From NCBI GenBank assembly GCA_963422735.1, contig OY730476.1, forward strand, positions 4,608,001-4,672,000: a stretch of 64,000 bases of DNA. The letters are read 5' to 3'. The stretch is from Candidatus Latescibacterota bacterium. Lineage in GTDB: Bacteria > Latescibacterota > UBA2968 > UBA8231. A program made the position numbers and the translations under genes. This document shows positions 1-10,576 of this stretch, one piece after another (position 1 is the first letter of the stretch; every line of letters begins with the position of its first letter). A model generated the notes under the pieces. That model made no database searches. It was not told the DNA's origin and worked only from the letters and a program-made list of their open reading frames with translations.

Positions 1-582
1 GTTGTCCTGCGCGCGCTTGAGCATGATTTTGGACGCGCGAAACTCGTCGCGGCGGTGGACGATGGTGACCTTGGAGGCGAATTTTGTCAGGTAGGTCCCT
101 TCTTCCATGGCCGAGTCGCCGCCGCCGACGACGACTAGCTCCTTGTCGCGGAAGAAAAAGCCATCGCAGGTGGCGCAGGCCGAGACTCCGTGCCCCATCA
201 ATAGCCGCTCGGATTCCAAGCCAAGGAGGCGCGCCGACGCTCCGGTGGCAATGATCAGTGCGTCGCAGGTGTACTGGGAGTCGTCGCTTTCAACGGTGAA
301 GGGCCGCTTGGACAAATCGACCGCAGTGACGGTCTCGAACTTGCACTCGGCCCCAAAGTGCTGTGCCTGCTGGCGCATCAGATCGACAAGTTCTGGCCCC
401 ATGATGCCGTCGGGGAAGCCTGGGTAGTTTTCTACGTCCGTGGTAATGGTTAGCTGGCCGCCCGGCTGCAAGCCCTCTAGGACTAGTGGGGATAGGTCGG
501 CTCTGGCCGCGTACAGGGCGGCGGTCAGTCCGGCCGGACCCGAGCCGACGATGACGACCTTGTAGGGGTGATTCGCGCTCAT
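1..582 (-). CDS. trxB: Thioredoxin-disulfide reductase (5' part; runs off window start)
   Basis: Manual translation from ATG 582: [27 protein letters not shown]...[16 protein letters not shown]...SACATCDG...[11 protein letters not shown]; GGAGAA RBS upstream. Confidence 0.95.
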   Translation of the reverse strand, partial: MSANHPYKVVIVGSGPAGLTAALYAARADLSPLVLEGLQPGGQLTITTDVENYPGFPDGIMGPELVDLMRQQAQHFGAECKFETVTAVDLSKRPFTVESDDSQYTCDALIIATGASARLLGLESERLLMGHGVSACATCDGFFFRDKELVVVGGGDSAMEEGTYLTKFASKVTIVHRRDEFRASKIMLKRAQDN

Positions 583-596
583 TGTTCTCCTTTTAT

Positions 597-1553
597 TTAG
601 ACGATGAGACTCAAAAGTTGTCTGCCCTCCAACCCGGCCAGCAGGTTGCCCACCGACCGCTCGGCCATGGCTTGGCGCGTCTGATGCGTCGCGCTGCCTA
701 GGTGGGGTATGATGACGACGTTGTCCAGCACTAGGAGAGGGTGGTCGCGGGGCAGGGGTTCGGGTTCGGTTACGTCGAGGGCGGCAGCGTGGAGGCCGCC
801 GCTTTGCAGGGTTTCCAACAGCGCGTCGTGATCGACGACGCCCCCGCGTGCGGCGTTGACCAGCACGGCCGACTTCTTCATCAGGCCCAACTCGCGCCGG
901 CCAATCATCCCCCGCGTCTGATTGGTCAGCGGCATGTTCAAGGCCACAAAATCCGCCTGCTGGAGCAGCTCGTCTAGGCCGACATAGCGCGCTTGAAGGT
1001 CGGCTTCGGCCTTGGGGTTGCGATGGCGGTTGTGGTACAAGATGGTCATGTCGAAGGCCAGTGCGCGGCGCGCTACTTGGTAGCCGATGCTGCCCAGCCC
1101 GATGATGCCGAGGACTTGATGGTGTACCTCCTGCCCTAGCATGAAGCTCGGATCGTAGGCCACAAAATCCGGGCCGCGGGCAAAGCGGTCGCCTTGGATA
1201 AGGTTGCGCGCCGCGGCCAAGAGGAGAGCGAAGGTCATATCGGCCGTTGCGCCGTCGAGAACGTTGGGCGTGTTGCCTACGGGGATGCCGCGCTCTTGGG
1301 CGGCTTGAAGGTCGATGTGATCGACGCCCACGCCGAAGTTGCTGATGACGCGGAGTTCGGGCATGAGATCCATATATTCGGCTGTGAAGGAGTAGTGGCC
1401 GTAGTTGTACACTCCTTCGATTGTGCGGAGGAGTTCGGCCGGGGGCTGCGGGTGCAGCGGATTCCAGCGCACGATCTCGGCGCGTACTTCGATCATGGGG
1501 ATGATGGTATGATACGGTTCGATTTCCGAACGGATCAAGACTTTGTAGGGCAT
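597..1553 (-). CDS. D-isomer-specific 2-hydroxyacid dehydrogenase (glyoxylate reductase/D-glycerate dehydrogenase-like)
   Basis: [37 protein letters not shown] motifs; start chosen at MPYKV. Confidence 0.9.
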   Translation of the reverse strand: MPYKVLIRSEIEPYHTIIPMIEVRAEIVRWNPLHPQPPAELLRTIEGVYNYGHYSFTAEYMDLMPELRVISNFGVGVDHIDLQAAQERGIPVGNTPNVLDGATADMTFALLLAAARNLIQGDRFARGPDFVAYDPSFMLGQEVHHQVLGIIGLGSIGYQVARRALAFDMTILYHNRHRNPKAEADLQARYVGLDELLQQADFVALNMPLTNQTRGMIGRRELGLMKKSAVLVNAARGGVVDHDALLETLQSGGLHAAALDVTEPEPLPRDHPLLVLDNVVIIPHLGSATHQTRQAMAERSVGNLLAGLEGRQLLSLIV

Positions 1554-1594
1554 TTTTGTTCTCGAAATAAAGTAAAAAATAGCTATCCACATCA

Positions 1595-1806
1595 GCTAGC
1601 TGTTGACGCAACTCAGATTGGCTGATTTCCAGATACGCGGCAACGCAACGTGCCAACTTTTAGCTGGCTATGACGCGGGATTGATACGTGATGTTCCGGC
1701 CCTTTTATTGTATATGGCTGCCCTTCTGCCCGACGACCCGGTGAGCATAGCGACGATACAGTAGTCGGCCAGTTCATCACCGGACATATCCCTAAGGGAT
1801 CATCAC
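1595..1806 (-). pseudogene. hicA: HicA-family toxin remnant with multiple frameshifts
   Basis: Fragments in different frames: (P)RDMSGDELA / RLLYRRYAHRVVGQKGSHIQ* / [18 protein letters not shown] / [16 protein letters not shown]; GTG start overlaps the hicB-like stop. Confidence 0.75.
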
Positions 1807-1996
1807 ACGGCAACGACCTCGTCCTTTACCAGATGCAGTCTGAGTCGCCGTCGAAATGGCACAGCACGGCGTCTTGAGCCCTTCGCTTCAGGGCTTCCCA
1901 CGAGTCGGCTTGGATAATAATGTCGCATCCTACTGCTGCGGCGTAGTAGCCGCCCTCCTCAGCTTCGTGGACTTCAAAAACTACTTCGTTTGGCAT
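1803..1996 (-). pseudogene. HicB-like antitoxin remnant
   Basis: MPNEVVFEVHEAEEGGYYAAAVGCDIIIQADSWEALKRRAQDAVLCHFDGD then premature TAA (1826-1828); family-typical tail LRLHLVKDEVVAV* is in another frame. Confidence 0.75.
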
Positions 1997-2192
1997 AATC
2001 AGACATCCTAAAGAAACGCGCCATTGGAGAGTAAGATTTCAGGAACTTCTGAGCAAGCCTGACGAGGTTTAGGAGATCCTACACGGCGGGGATAGACCAA
2101 ACGAGTCGGGGCAGGCGTGAAAGAAGTCTTGACGCAAGGACACCGGTGGCCGACGTTGAAAAACCTTTCCAGTCCTTTCAAGACGAGGTCCT

Positions 2193-2942
2193 ATGCTGAT
2201 TGCACATCCCAAAGGACACTACCGCTTTCTCCAGGGCATTGACCCCTATTCCTGTGGCGTCGTCGCTGAGCCGGGCTGGGAAATTGTCCGCGTCGTGCTC
2301 GCCGAGCCGCTACCTTGGCGAGAGGGCTTTGAGCGCGTGGATGCGTATCTGGCGGCGGAAGGGTGCGACCGCGTCTCTCTCTGCGCGATGGAATTGCGCT
2401 CGCCCGCGCCCTTTACCATGCAGGGGTTTATCGACTTCAACCGCGATTACTGCGCTGTCCTCCGGGCGTGGGGTTTGTACGTGGACGAGCTCAATCCGGT
2501 GGCCCGTACTAACGTCGCGCCGGCGTGCGATCCGCCGTCTGTGCCTTCGCTGTACGCCTTTTCCTACGCGGTTTTCAACGACCAGATTGATCGCAAAACC
2601 CTGATCGTGGCTGGTGCCGGCGAGTTGCGGGGGGGGCGCCTCGTGGCTGAGAGGATTATCCGCTCGGGAGACACTTCGCCCGATGCTCTGCGCGAGAAGG
2701 CCGCTTATGTGGCACAGGTCATGGGCGAGCGGCTCGCGGGCCTCGGCGGGGCTTGGGATCTGATCGACGCGGTTGACGTGTACACCATCTACCCCTTAGC
2801 GGAAGTACTCGAAGAGATTCTCCTGCCGACGATGGGCACGGCGCGGCGATGCGGCATCTGTTGGCACTATGCCCGGCCGCCGGTAGTCGATATCGACTTT
2901 GAGATGGATCTGCACGGCGTGGTCTCGCGGCGGATTGTCTAA
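2193..2942 (+). CDS. CnbZ-like (2-amino-5-chloromuconate deaminase-like) protein
   Basis: YRF..G..PYS.GV.AEPG, ELRSPAPFT..GF..FN, NPVARTNVAP, RPPV.D..FEMD..GV pattern. Confidence 0.65.
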   Translation: MLIAHPKGHYRFLQGIDPYSCGVVAEPGWEIVRVVLAEPLPWREGFERVDAYLAAEGCDRVSLCAMELRSPAPFTMQGFIDFNRDYCAVLRAWGLYVDELNPVARTNVAPACDPPSVPSLYAFSYAVFNDQIDRKTLIVAGAGELRGGRLVAERIIRSGDTSPDALREKAAYVAQVMGERLAGLGGAWDLIDAVDVYTIYPLAEVLEEILLPTMGTARRCGICWHYARPPVVDIDFEMDLHGVVSRRIV

Positions 2943-3658
2943 GGCCGCCAGCACCAGCCCCGCATCTGCCAATCCACGCCAGCCCCGCACAAAGCCGCCA
3001 CGTATCCGTCTGCCGGTTCCAAAGCCGCCAACTTCCAGCGCCCCACCTCGTCCTGCCCCTCGTCCGAGCGCAAAAGCGCGGCCTCCGCTCCCAGCGACAT
3101 CGCAAAGGTGTCGAGGCCAGCGGCCAAGCCGTCGCCCCGCGCCTTGACATAGGCTTCCTTGCGCGTCCAGATGTTGTAAAAAGCCGCCCGCCGCTCCTCG
3201 ACCGGCATCTGCGCCAGCGCCTCCTGCTCCTCTATGGAAAAGAAACGCGCGGCGATTTGCTCGTGCGCGACTTGGGGCCGCATCCACTCCACATCGACGC
3301 CAACCTCGCGGGTGCGCGCTATCGCGTACAGAGCCAGTTCGTGGGTATGGGACACGTTGAAATGCAGCGTCCCCTCTTGCAGAAAAGGCTTGCCGTGTGC
3401 GCCGCGCGAAAAAACCACCGCGCCGGGAGCTTGATCGAGGTACCGCCCCAAGATCTGACGCAGCATGGCCCGCGCCACCACAAAGCGCCGCTGATAGGCA
3501 CCAGAGAGCAAGCCGCGCGCCCGCTCGCGCTCGTTTGCGCTGAGATAAGCCGCGAGCGCGGCCGCCTCACCGACCCTGTCTAACTCGACGCACCAGACGT
3601 GGATTTCATCGTCGCTGAGCCGAGGCCAGCCCGACGGGGTTTCCCAAGCAATAGTCAT
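2939..3658 (-). CDS. Sfp-type 4'-phosphopantetheinyl transferase
   Basis: GKP, FNVSHT, VGVDVE, WTRKEAYVKARG motifs. Confidence 0.92.
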   Translation of the reverse strand: MTIAWETPSGWPRLSDDEIHVWCVELDRVGEAAALAAYLSANERERARGLLSGAYQRRFVVARAMLRQILGRYLDQAPGAVVFSRGAHGKPFLQEGTLHFNVSHTHELALYAIARTREVGVDVEWMRPQVAHEQIAARFFSIEEQEALAQMPVEERRAAFYNIWTRKEAYVKARGDGLAAGLDTFAMSLGAEAALLRSDEGQDEVGRWKLAALEPADGYVAALCGAGVDWQMRGWCWRP

Positions 3659-3772
3659 CAAAGGTTCACTTGACGCCGCAGTTGATCGCATTCAGATTAA
3701 GACGAATTAGAAATTGCGAATTTTCTGCAAGCACTTAATCCATCCAATCCAATAATAAAAAAGGAATGCCTC

Positions 3773-6081
3773 ATGGCTGTCTTTTCCAGCAAAGACTATC
3801 CCAACTACACAGCCGATGGCAAGTACAAGGTCATCGGCACCCGCCCCATCCGCCACGACGGCGTCGATAAGGTCACCGGCGCAGCCGTGTACGGGGCCGA
3901 CGTGCGCCTGCCGGGCCTGCTCTACGGCAAGGTCCTCCGCAGCCCGCACCCCCACGCCGAGATTATCTCGATCGACACCTCCAAGGCCCTCGCGCTCGAC
4001 GGAGTGCGCGCCGTGGCCACGGCCGACGACTTGGTCGAGACCGTAGATAAGCTGTCGCACATTGGCGAAACGACGGTCAATGTGCGCGAGATCGCCAAAA
4101 ACTCGCTGGCCTCGGACAAGGTGCTCTATACTGGCCACGCGGTCGCGGCCGTCTGCGCGGTCAGTCCCCACATCGCCGAAGAGGCTCTCGACCTAATTGA
4201 GGTCGAATACAAGGTCTTGGAGCCGGTCGTCGATATCCGCGAGGCCATGCGCGACGACGCCCCGCTCCTCGACGAAGAGCGCACCACGCGCGCCCTCGGC
4301 GAAGACACAGGCAAGAAGAGCAATATCGCCACCCACAATCAGCACGCCATGGGCGATCTCGAAGCGGGCTTTGCCGCGGCCGACGTAGTCATAGAGCGCG
4401 AATTTCACACAGCCACCATTCACCAGGGCTACATCGAGCCGCACAACACGACCGTCTGGTGGAAGACGGACGGCAGCGTCACTGTGTGGGTGAGCACGCA
4501 AGGGCCTTTTGAGATCCGCTCGCAGGTCGCGGAAGTCCTCAACGTTCCGGTCTCCAAGGTCAAAGTTATTCCCTGCGAGATCGGCGGCGGTTTCGGCGGC
4601 AAGTTCCCCACCTATATGGAGCCAGCCGCGGCCATTATGTCGCACAAAACCGGCCAGCCGGTCAAAATGATCATGAGCCGCACCGAGGTCTTTCAGGGGA
4701 CTGGCCCGGCTCCCGGCTCCTATATCAAGGTTAAGATGGGGGCCAAAAACGACGGCACCATCACGGCGGCCCACTGCGACATGGCCTACGAGGCCGGGGC
4801 CTATCCCGGCTCGGCCGTGGGGCGGGGGCGTCGTGCATCCTCGCGCCGTACCACATCGCCAACGTCACCATCGACGCGTACGACGTGGTCGTCAACAAGC
4901 CCAAGTCCTCGGCCTACCGCGCGCCCGGAGCACCCAACGCAGCCTTTGCCTCTGAGAGCGTCATCGACGAGTTGGCCGAGAAGATCGGCATAGATCCGCT
5001 GGAGATGCGGTTAAAGAATGCTGCTAGAGAGGGGACGCGCCGCGCCGACGGCACGGTGTACGGTCAGATCGGCTGCGAGGAAACCGTGCAAGCCGCCAAG
5101 GACTCGGAGCACTACCACAGCAAGCTCGACGGCCCCTATCGGGGGCGCGGCGTGGCCGGTGGCTTTTGGTTCAACGGCGGCGGGATGTCTTCGGCCGCCA
5201 TTGCTGTCAACGACAATGGTACGATCAACCTCACCGAAGGCTCGGTTGACATCGGCGGCAGCCGCGCCTCCATGGCGATGATTGTCGCCGAGACCTTGGG
5301 ACTGCGGGCCGAGGACATCAACCCCTCCATCCCGGACACCAGCTCGATTGGCTTCACCAGCGGCACCGGCGGCAGCCGCGTGTGTTATGCCACCGGCCAC
5401 GCTTGTTACAACGCGGCCGAGGACGTCAAGGCCGAGATGTGCCGGCGCGCCGCTCGGCAGCTAGAGGTTGCCGAGGACGACGTCGAGTTCGAGGACGGCA
5501 ACTTTGTCTGCAAATCCGATCCCGCTCAGCGGCTCACCTTTGCGGAGGTCGCCGCCAGCCAGGGCAGCACCGGCGGTCCGATCACCGGCAAGGGTACGAT
5601 TAACGCCGGCGGCCCAGGCAACGCCTTCGCCGTTCACGTCGTCGATGTGGAGGTCGATCCAGACACCGGCAAGGTCGAGATTTTGCGCTACACCGCGGTC
5701 CAAGACGTGGGTAAGGCCATCCATCCCTCGTATGTCGAGGGCCAGATCCAGGGCGGGGCCGTGCAGGGCATTGGCTGGGCGCTCTCGGAGGGCTACTTCT
5801 ACACGGCCGATGGCCAGATGGCCAACCCGACCTTCCTCGACTATCGGATGCCGACTACCTTTGACATTCCCTTGATCGAGACGATTTTGGTCGAAGTGCC
5901 CAATCCGGCCAGCCCGCACGGAATCCGCGGCGTCGGCGAAGTGCCCTTGGTGCCGCCGATGGCTGCCATTGCCAACGCCATATACGACGCTATGGGTTGC
6001 CGCTTGGGCGAGTTGCCCATGAGTCCAGACAGGGTCGTCGCTGCCTTGCAGGAGAATCAACTCGTGGAGGCGGCCGGCTGA
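3773..6081 (+). CDS. Xanthine dehydrogenase-family molybdopterin-binding subunit, split by a 1-nt frameshift near 4820
   Basis: ORFs 3773-4993 and 4885-6081 are consecutive halves (KVTG..YG.D, GGGFGGK, AYRAPG, GQIQGG..QGIG, GVGE); one extra G in the run at 4819-4822 restores AVGAGASCILAPY. Confidence 0.9.
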
Positions 6082-6184
6082 GGGGCCGTTGCAGGGTCGT
6101 CCGCTCGTGCCCGGTTCCTAAGTGGGAGCCGGGCGCTTCTATATGCGCCCGTGGTTCGACAAGGGGCACCCCTACGGTACTATT

Positions 6185-7039
6185 ATGGCCGCAAACATCG
6201 CCCCCGACGATTTTATCGACGCGCTGCTCCCGGTCGTCGGCCAGTGCGCCCGCGCCTCGCTGATTTTCTACGGCCAAGTCGCCGACATTGGCAAGGCCGC
6301 GGACAAGAGCCTCACCGGCAGCAAGGCGCAGGACGCCTCCACGGCCTTCACAGTACTCGACGCGGCCGTGCAGGACATCCTCCTCTTAGCTGTGTTCCAG
6401 CACTTCCCGTTTGTGCGCTGCATTGCCGAAGAGCGCACCCCGCTCAAAAAGCGCTTTGCCGGCAATGCCTCGCCCTACGCGGTCATCCTCGACCCCATCG
6501 ACGGCACCTTGCACTTCAAGCGGGGCGACGCTCCCTATCACATCTCCATAGGCTTGGCTTGCGACGGCCAGATGCTCGCCGCGATGGTCGCGCGGCCCTC
6601 AGAGGACAAAATGTTCACCGCCATCAAGGGCGAAGGTGCTTTCGTGCGCGTCGGCAACAGTCGCCCTCGCCGCTTGCATTTGCCCGGTGCGCCGCGCACG
6701 AATAAAGTTTTCATTTCCTCCAAGGCCCGCCCCTATCAGGCCCTCGCCCGCCCCGCGCTGGACCCGCGCGAAAGCCCTATTGGTGCGGCATTGGTACTCA
6801 CCGAGATCGCCGAGGGTGCGCTGTGCGCTTACCTGACGCGCCAAGTCGAAGTCTATGACGTCGGCCCGCCATCGCTGATCGCCGAAGAAGCCGGGGCGCA
6901 CTGCTACATTGGGGAACACCGCCGCCCGGCCTATACCCAGCGCCGCAAATTCGGGCACTTTTTGGCGGCGGCTAACGACGAGATCGCCGAACACCTCTTT
7001 TCCATCTTGCGCCGTGCGCGCCGAGGCCAACGACTATGA
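6185..7039 (+). CDS. Inositol monophosphatase family protein
   Basis: IAEE and LDPIDGT metal-binding motifs, YD..P..LIAEEAG; start uncertain (6143 or 6185). Confidence 0.85.
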   Translation: MAANIAPDDFIDALLPVVGQCARASLIFYGQVADIGKAADKSLTGSKAQDASTAFTVLDAAVQDILLLAVFQHFPFVRCIAEERTPLKKRFAGNASPYAVILDPIDGTLHFKRGDAPYHISIGLACDGQMLAAMVARPSEDKMFTAIKGEGAFVRVGNSRPRRLHLPGAPRTNKVFISSKARPYQALARPALDPRESPIGAALVLTEIAEGALCAYLTRQVEVYDVGPPSLIAEEAGAHCYIGEHRRPAYTQRRKFGHFLAAANDEIAEHLFSILRRARRGQRL

Positions 7040-7941
7040 GCTATGAAATCAAAGACGTCCTGCCGGTCGTTCACATGCCGTACACCGACGATCAAGCCAT
7101 TGATTACGCCGTATTGGAAAATGAAGTCGATTATCTTTTCAAGATGGGGGCACACGGGTTCTGCCTCGCCTTGGTATCCGACCTGTTGCGCCTGACGGCT
7201 GCCGAGCGGCTGGTGCTTCCGGCTCGGCTAGTGGAGTTCGCCCGCGGGCGCGGCCCGGTCGTCATCGGCGTCGGGGCCGAGGGCACGGCCCAAGCCCGGC
7301 TCTACGCCCGCGCTGCCGAAGACGGCGGTGCGGCGGCCGTCATGGCCATTCCGCCGATTTCCCGCGCCTTGGGCGAGGGCGAGTTGCGCGCTTATTTTGC
7401 CGCCCTGCTCGCCGAGGTCTCCATCCCGGTCATGATCCAAGACGCCAGCTCATATATCGGCAACCCCATGAGCATTGAATTTCAAGCGTCGCTCTTTTGC
7501 GACTACGGCGACCGCATCCTCTTCAAACCCGAGGCCACTCCTTTGGGGCCTTGCATCTCGGCCCTGCGCCACCACACTGAGGGCCGGGCCGGCATATTTG
7601 AAGGCAGCGGCGGCTTGCTGTTGATCGACTCCTTCCGCCGTGGCATTCGCGGGACCATTCCCGGCGTCGAGCTACTCGACGGCACAGTGGCCCTGTGGCG
7701 CGCCCTCGCAGCCGGCGACGAAGTGCGCGCGTACCAGATATACTTTCCCATCTGCGCCCTGTGTACTTTGCAAATCCAAGGGGGCTTGGATGGCTTCATC
7801 GTGGTTGAGCGCTACTTAATGCACAAGCGTGGCCTCTTTCCCAACCAAGTCCACCGCGGCCCTGTGAGCTATGCTCTCGATGCGGAAACGTGCGCCGAAA
7901 TAGATCGTCTGTTCGAGCGGTTACAGGAAGCATTGCGGTAG
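7036..7941 (+). CDS. Dihydrodipicolinate synthase (DapA-like) family aldolase/lyase
   Basis: PY..D.AIDY, LT..ER, MAIPP, IQD, FKPE (catalytic Lys); ATGA overlap with upstream gene. Confidence 0.85.
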   Translation: MSYEIKDVLPVVHMPYTDDQAIDYAVLENEVDYLFKMGAHGFCLALVSDLLRLTAAERLVLPARLVEFARGRGPVVIGVGAEGTAQARLYARAAEDGGAAAVMAIPPISRALGEGELRAYFAALLAEVSIPVMIQDASSYIGNPMSIEFQASLFCDYGDRILFKPEATPLGPCISALRHHTEGRAGIFEGSGGLLLIDSFRRGIRGTIPGVELLDGTVALWRALAAGDEVRAYQIYFPICALCTLQIQGGLDGFIVVERYLMHKRGLFPNQVHRGPVSYALDAETCAEIDRLFERLQEALR

Positions 7942-8046
7942 ATTGGGAGAGAAACAACGTTGCGGAAGGCGAGGGACGATTTTGTACATGAGCAGCTAGG
8001 CACCGCGGACTTTTATCTATGTGCTATAGAAAGAGGAGAACAACAG

Positions 8047-8997
8047 ATGTTTGGCTTAGATATCAAAATAGCGGAGGAATTTGACGGCGGGGAACATGCA
8101 GTAATTTTCTATGGAAACTGCATAGAGCTGCTCAAGTCTATCCCAGATAAATCAATCCAATTGGTTGTTACATCGCCCCCGTACAATATAGGTAAGGAAT
8201 ATGAAAAAAGACTTGATATTGAGACCTACGTAAAACAACAAAGGGAAGTAATAAAAGAATGCGTCCGCGTTCTCTCTAACTCTGGCAGTATCTGTTGGCA
8301 AGTGGGGAATTATGTTAATAATGGATCAATTATTCCTCTCGATACTATTCTTTTTTCTATATTTCAAGAGCAAAATCTCGTCATGAGAAATAGGATTATT
8401 TGGCACTTTGAACATGGTCTTCACTGTTCGAGAAGATTTTCGGGCCGCTATGAAACAATAAATTGGTTCACTAAGAAAACAAAAGATTATATTTTTAATC
8501 TCGACCCTGTACGGGTTCCACAAAAATACCCGGCGAAGAAATATTTTAGAGGACCGAAAGCTGGACAGTATTCTTGTAATCCATTGGGAAAGAATCCGGG
8601 CGATATTTGGGATATTCCAAATGTTAAAAGCAATCACGTAGAAAAAACCCAACATCCTTGCCAGTATCCAGTCGAATTGATTGAGCGGCTTGTTTTATCA
8701 ATGACTAATGAGAATGACTGGGTATTCGACCCGTTCCTTGGGACAGGCACCTCCATTATTGCGGCTATAAAAAACGGCCGCCGAGGTGTTGGAGCAGAGA
8801 CAGAAGATAGGTACGTCAAGATCGCCCGAGATAGGGTGCAGAGCGCAATAAACGGAACGTTGAGAACTAGACCGATGAATAAACCTAAATACGATCCTGA
8901 GGCGAAAGCCGTGTTGCCTTGGGACCAGAGAGAGAAAAAATCCGATCAGTTAACTTTAATAAAAGAAGTAAAGAAGAGCCGCCGTGAAGATAGTTGA
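8047..8997 (+). CDS. Site-specific N4-C/N6-A DNA methyltransferase, beta class (M.BglII-like)
   Basis: VTSPPYN precedes DPFLGTGT; HPCQYP; AGGAG RBS; clearly lower GC than flanks. Confidence 0.92.
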   Translation: MFGLDIKIAEEFDGGEHAVIFYGNCIELLKSIPDKSIQLVVTSPPYNIGKEYEKRLDIETYVKQQREVIKECVRVLSNSGSICWQVGNYVNNGSIIPLDTILFSIFQEQNLVMRNRIIWHFEHGLHCSRRFSGRYETINWFTKKTKDYIFNLDPVRVPQKYPAKKYFRGPKAGQYSCNPLGKNPGDIWDIPNVKSNHVEKTQHPCQYPVELIERLVLSMTNENDWVFDPFLGTGTSIIAAIKNGRRGVGAETEDRYVKIARDRVQSAINGTLRTRPMNKPKYDPEAKAVLPWDQREKKSDQLTLIKEVKKSRREDS

Positions 8998-9329
8998 GAA
9001 GTACTCTCACTTAAACGGACTTGAATATCTACTCGTTCATCACCCTGACCTGTGGAAAGAGATCGAGGAGGTCATTGAGCAAGTAGATGGTGGCTATTGA
9101 GGTGCAATTTGGAAAGTACTCGTTCGTCGCATACGACTTATTTGTCAAGCATCTTGCTTTTTATGTTAGAGATCAAATCGATGTGGGTATTGAGATATTG
9201 CCGATGAAGACATTGCAGTCCCAAATGAGCTCTGGAGTCTCTTACTATGAGGGAGAGTTGTACAATGTAGTTAGGCAAGGACGCGGTGTGCCAACGGTTC
9301 CTCTGGTCATTGTAGGCATGGAAGAATGA
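8984..9329 (+). pseudogene. BglII/BstYI-family type II restriction endonuclease with internal deletion and frameshift
   Basis: GTG 8984: MKIVEKYSHLNGLEYLLVHHPDLWKEIEEVIEQVD, stop at 9098-9100; other frame gives VAIEVQFGKYSFVAYDLFVKH...MSSGVSYYEGE...; middle segment is missing. Confidence 0.85.
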
Positions 9330-9362
9330 CTCCCTGTGCGTCTTCTCAAGGCAAAGTAGCTC

Positions 9363-10550
9363 ATGCACGAGGGTGAAGGTACATTGCTCGACTCAAAGCG
9401 CATGCAGGCGGTCCAATCCCCGGTGATTCCGCATGTGGCTGCCCTCATCCGCGACAACCCGGGCACCATTTCCCTCGGCCAAGGCGTGGTGCATTACCCG
9501 CCGCCGCCGCAGGCCATCCAAGTGCTTGCCCGTTTTGGCGGCGCAATTGCCGAACACCACTATCAAGCCGCCCGCGGCCTGCCCGAACTCAGGGAAGGGC
9601 TGCGCCAAAAACTCGCGTACGAAAATCAAATTGAGGTGGGCGACGACCAGCTCTTGATGGTCACGGCCGGCTCCAACATGGGCTTTTACTACGCCTTGCT
9701 CGCCGTTGCCGACCCGGGCGATGAGATCGTCGTGATGTCGCCTTTTTATTTCAACCACGAAATGGCCGTGGCCATGGCCAATTGCCGGGCCGTGCTCGTG
9801 GCTACGGACGCTGCCTATCAGCTCGACCTTGACGCGATTGAGGCTGCGATCACAGCGCGCACCCGCGCCATTATCACGATCTCGCCCAACAACCCAACGG
9901 GCGCAGTCTATCGGCCCGCGGACTTGGCGGCGGTCAATCGGCTCTGCCGCGAGCGGGGCCTCTACCACTTTGCCGACGAGGCGTACGAGTACTTCACCTA
10001 TGGCGCGGCGCGGCACTTTTCGCCCGGCTCACTGCCCGACAGTGCCGAGCACACCATCTCGCTCTTTTCCTTTTCCAAGGCATACGGCCTCGCTAGTTGG
10101 CGGGTCGGCTATCTCGTGGCCCCTCGGCACCTGCTGGGTGCGCTGGAAAAGATCCAAGACACCGTGCTCATCTGCCCGCCGGTTATCTCGCAACGCACCG
10201 CGCTCGGAGCACTTGCAGCTGGATCTGCGTACTGTAGGGGCCATCTAGCGGGTATGGATGCGGTGCGCCGGCTCTGCCTAGAGCGGCTCGGCGCACTAGG
10301 CGAGCGAGTACAAGTGCCTGCGGCCGAAGGAGCTTTTTATTTATTAGCACGTCTGCAAACCGACCTCGACGCTATGGAGGTGGTCGCCGGCTTGGTGCGG
10401 AAACACAAGGTCGCGGTCATCCCCGGCAATGCCTTTGGATTGAGCGCGGACTGCTATTTGCGCGTTGCCTACGGTGCCCTGCGCCAAGAGGATGTGGCCG
10501 AGGGTATGGATCGGCTCGTCGGGGGCTTGGAGCAGATTCTCGCCGCTTGA
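9363..10550 (+). CDS. PLP-dependent aminotransferase class I/II
   Basis: SPNNPTG, DEAYE, SFSKAYGLASWRVG. Confidence 0.93.
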   Translation: MHEGEGTLLDSKRMQAVQSPVIPHVAALIRDNPGTISLGQGVVHYPPPPQAIQVLARFGGAIAEHHYQAARGLPELREGLRQKLAYENQIEVGDDQLLMVTAGSNMGFYYALLAVADPGDEIVVMSPFYFNHEMAVAMANCRAVLVATDAAYQLDLDAIEAAITARTRAIITISPNNPTGAVYRPADLAAVNRLCRERGLYHFADEAYEYFTYGAARHFSPGSLPDSAEHTISLFSFSKAYGLASWRVGYLVAPRHLLGALEKIQDTVLICPPVISQRTALGALAAGSAYCRGHLAGMDAVRRLCLERLGALGERVQVPAAEGAFYLLARLQTDLDAMEVVAGLVRKHKVAVIPGNAFGLSADCYLRVAYGALRQEDVAEGMDRLVGGLEQILAA

Positions 10551-10576
10551 CACGGTAGGTTATTTAGACGTATGTT
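10547..10576 (+). promoter_or_regulatory. Putative sigma70 promoter
   Basis: TTGACA-18 nt-TATGTT upstream of the Ig-repeat gene. Confidence 0.5.

Noticed and set aside
1583-1591. CTATCCACA, a near DnaA box
   Set aside because: Single mismatched copy with no cluster; no support for oriC
7984-9368. Imperfect 10-bp inverted repeat (GTACATGAGC / GCTCATGCAC) flanking the RM insert
   Set aside because: Too short, with no target-site duplication or transposase; compatible with chance
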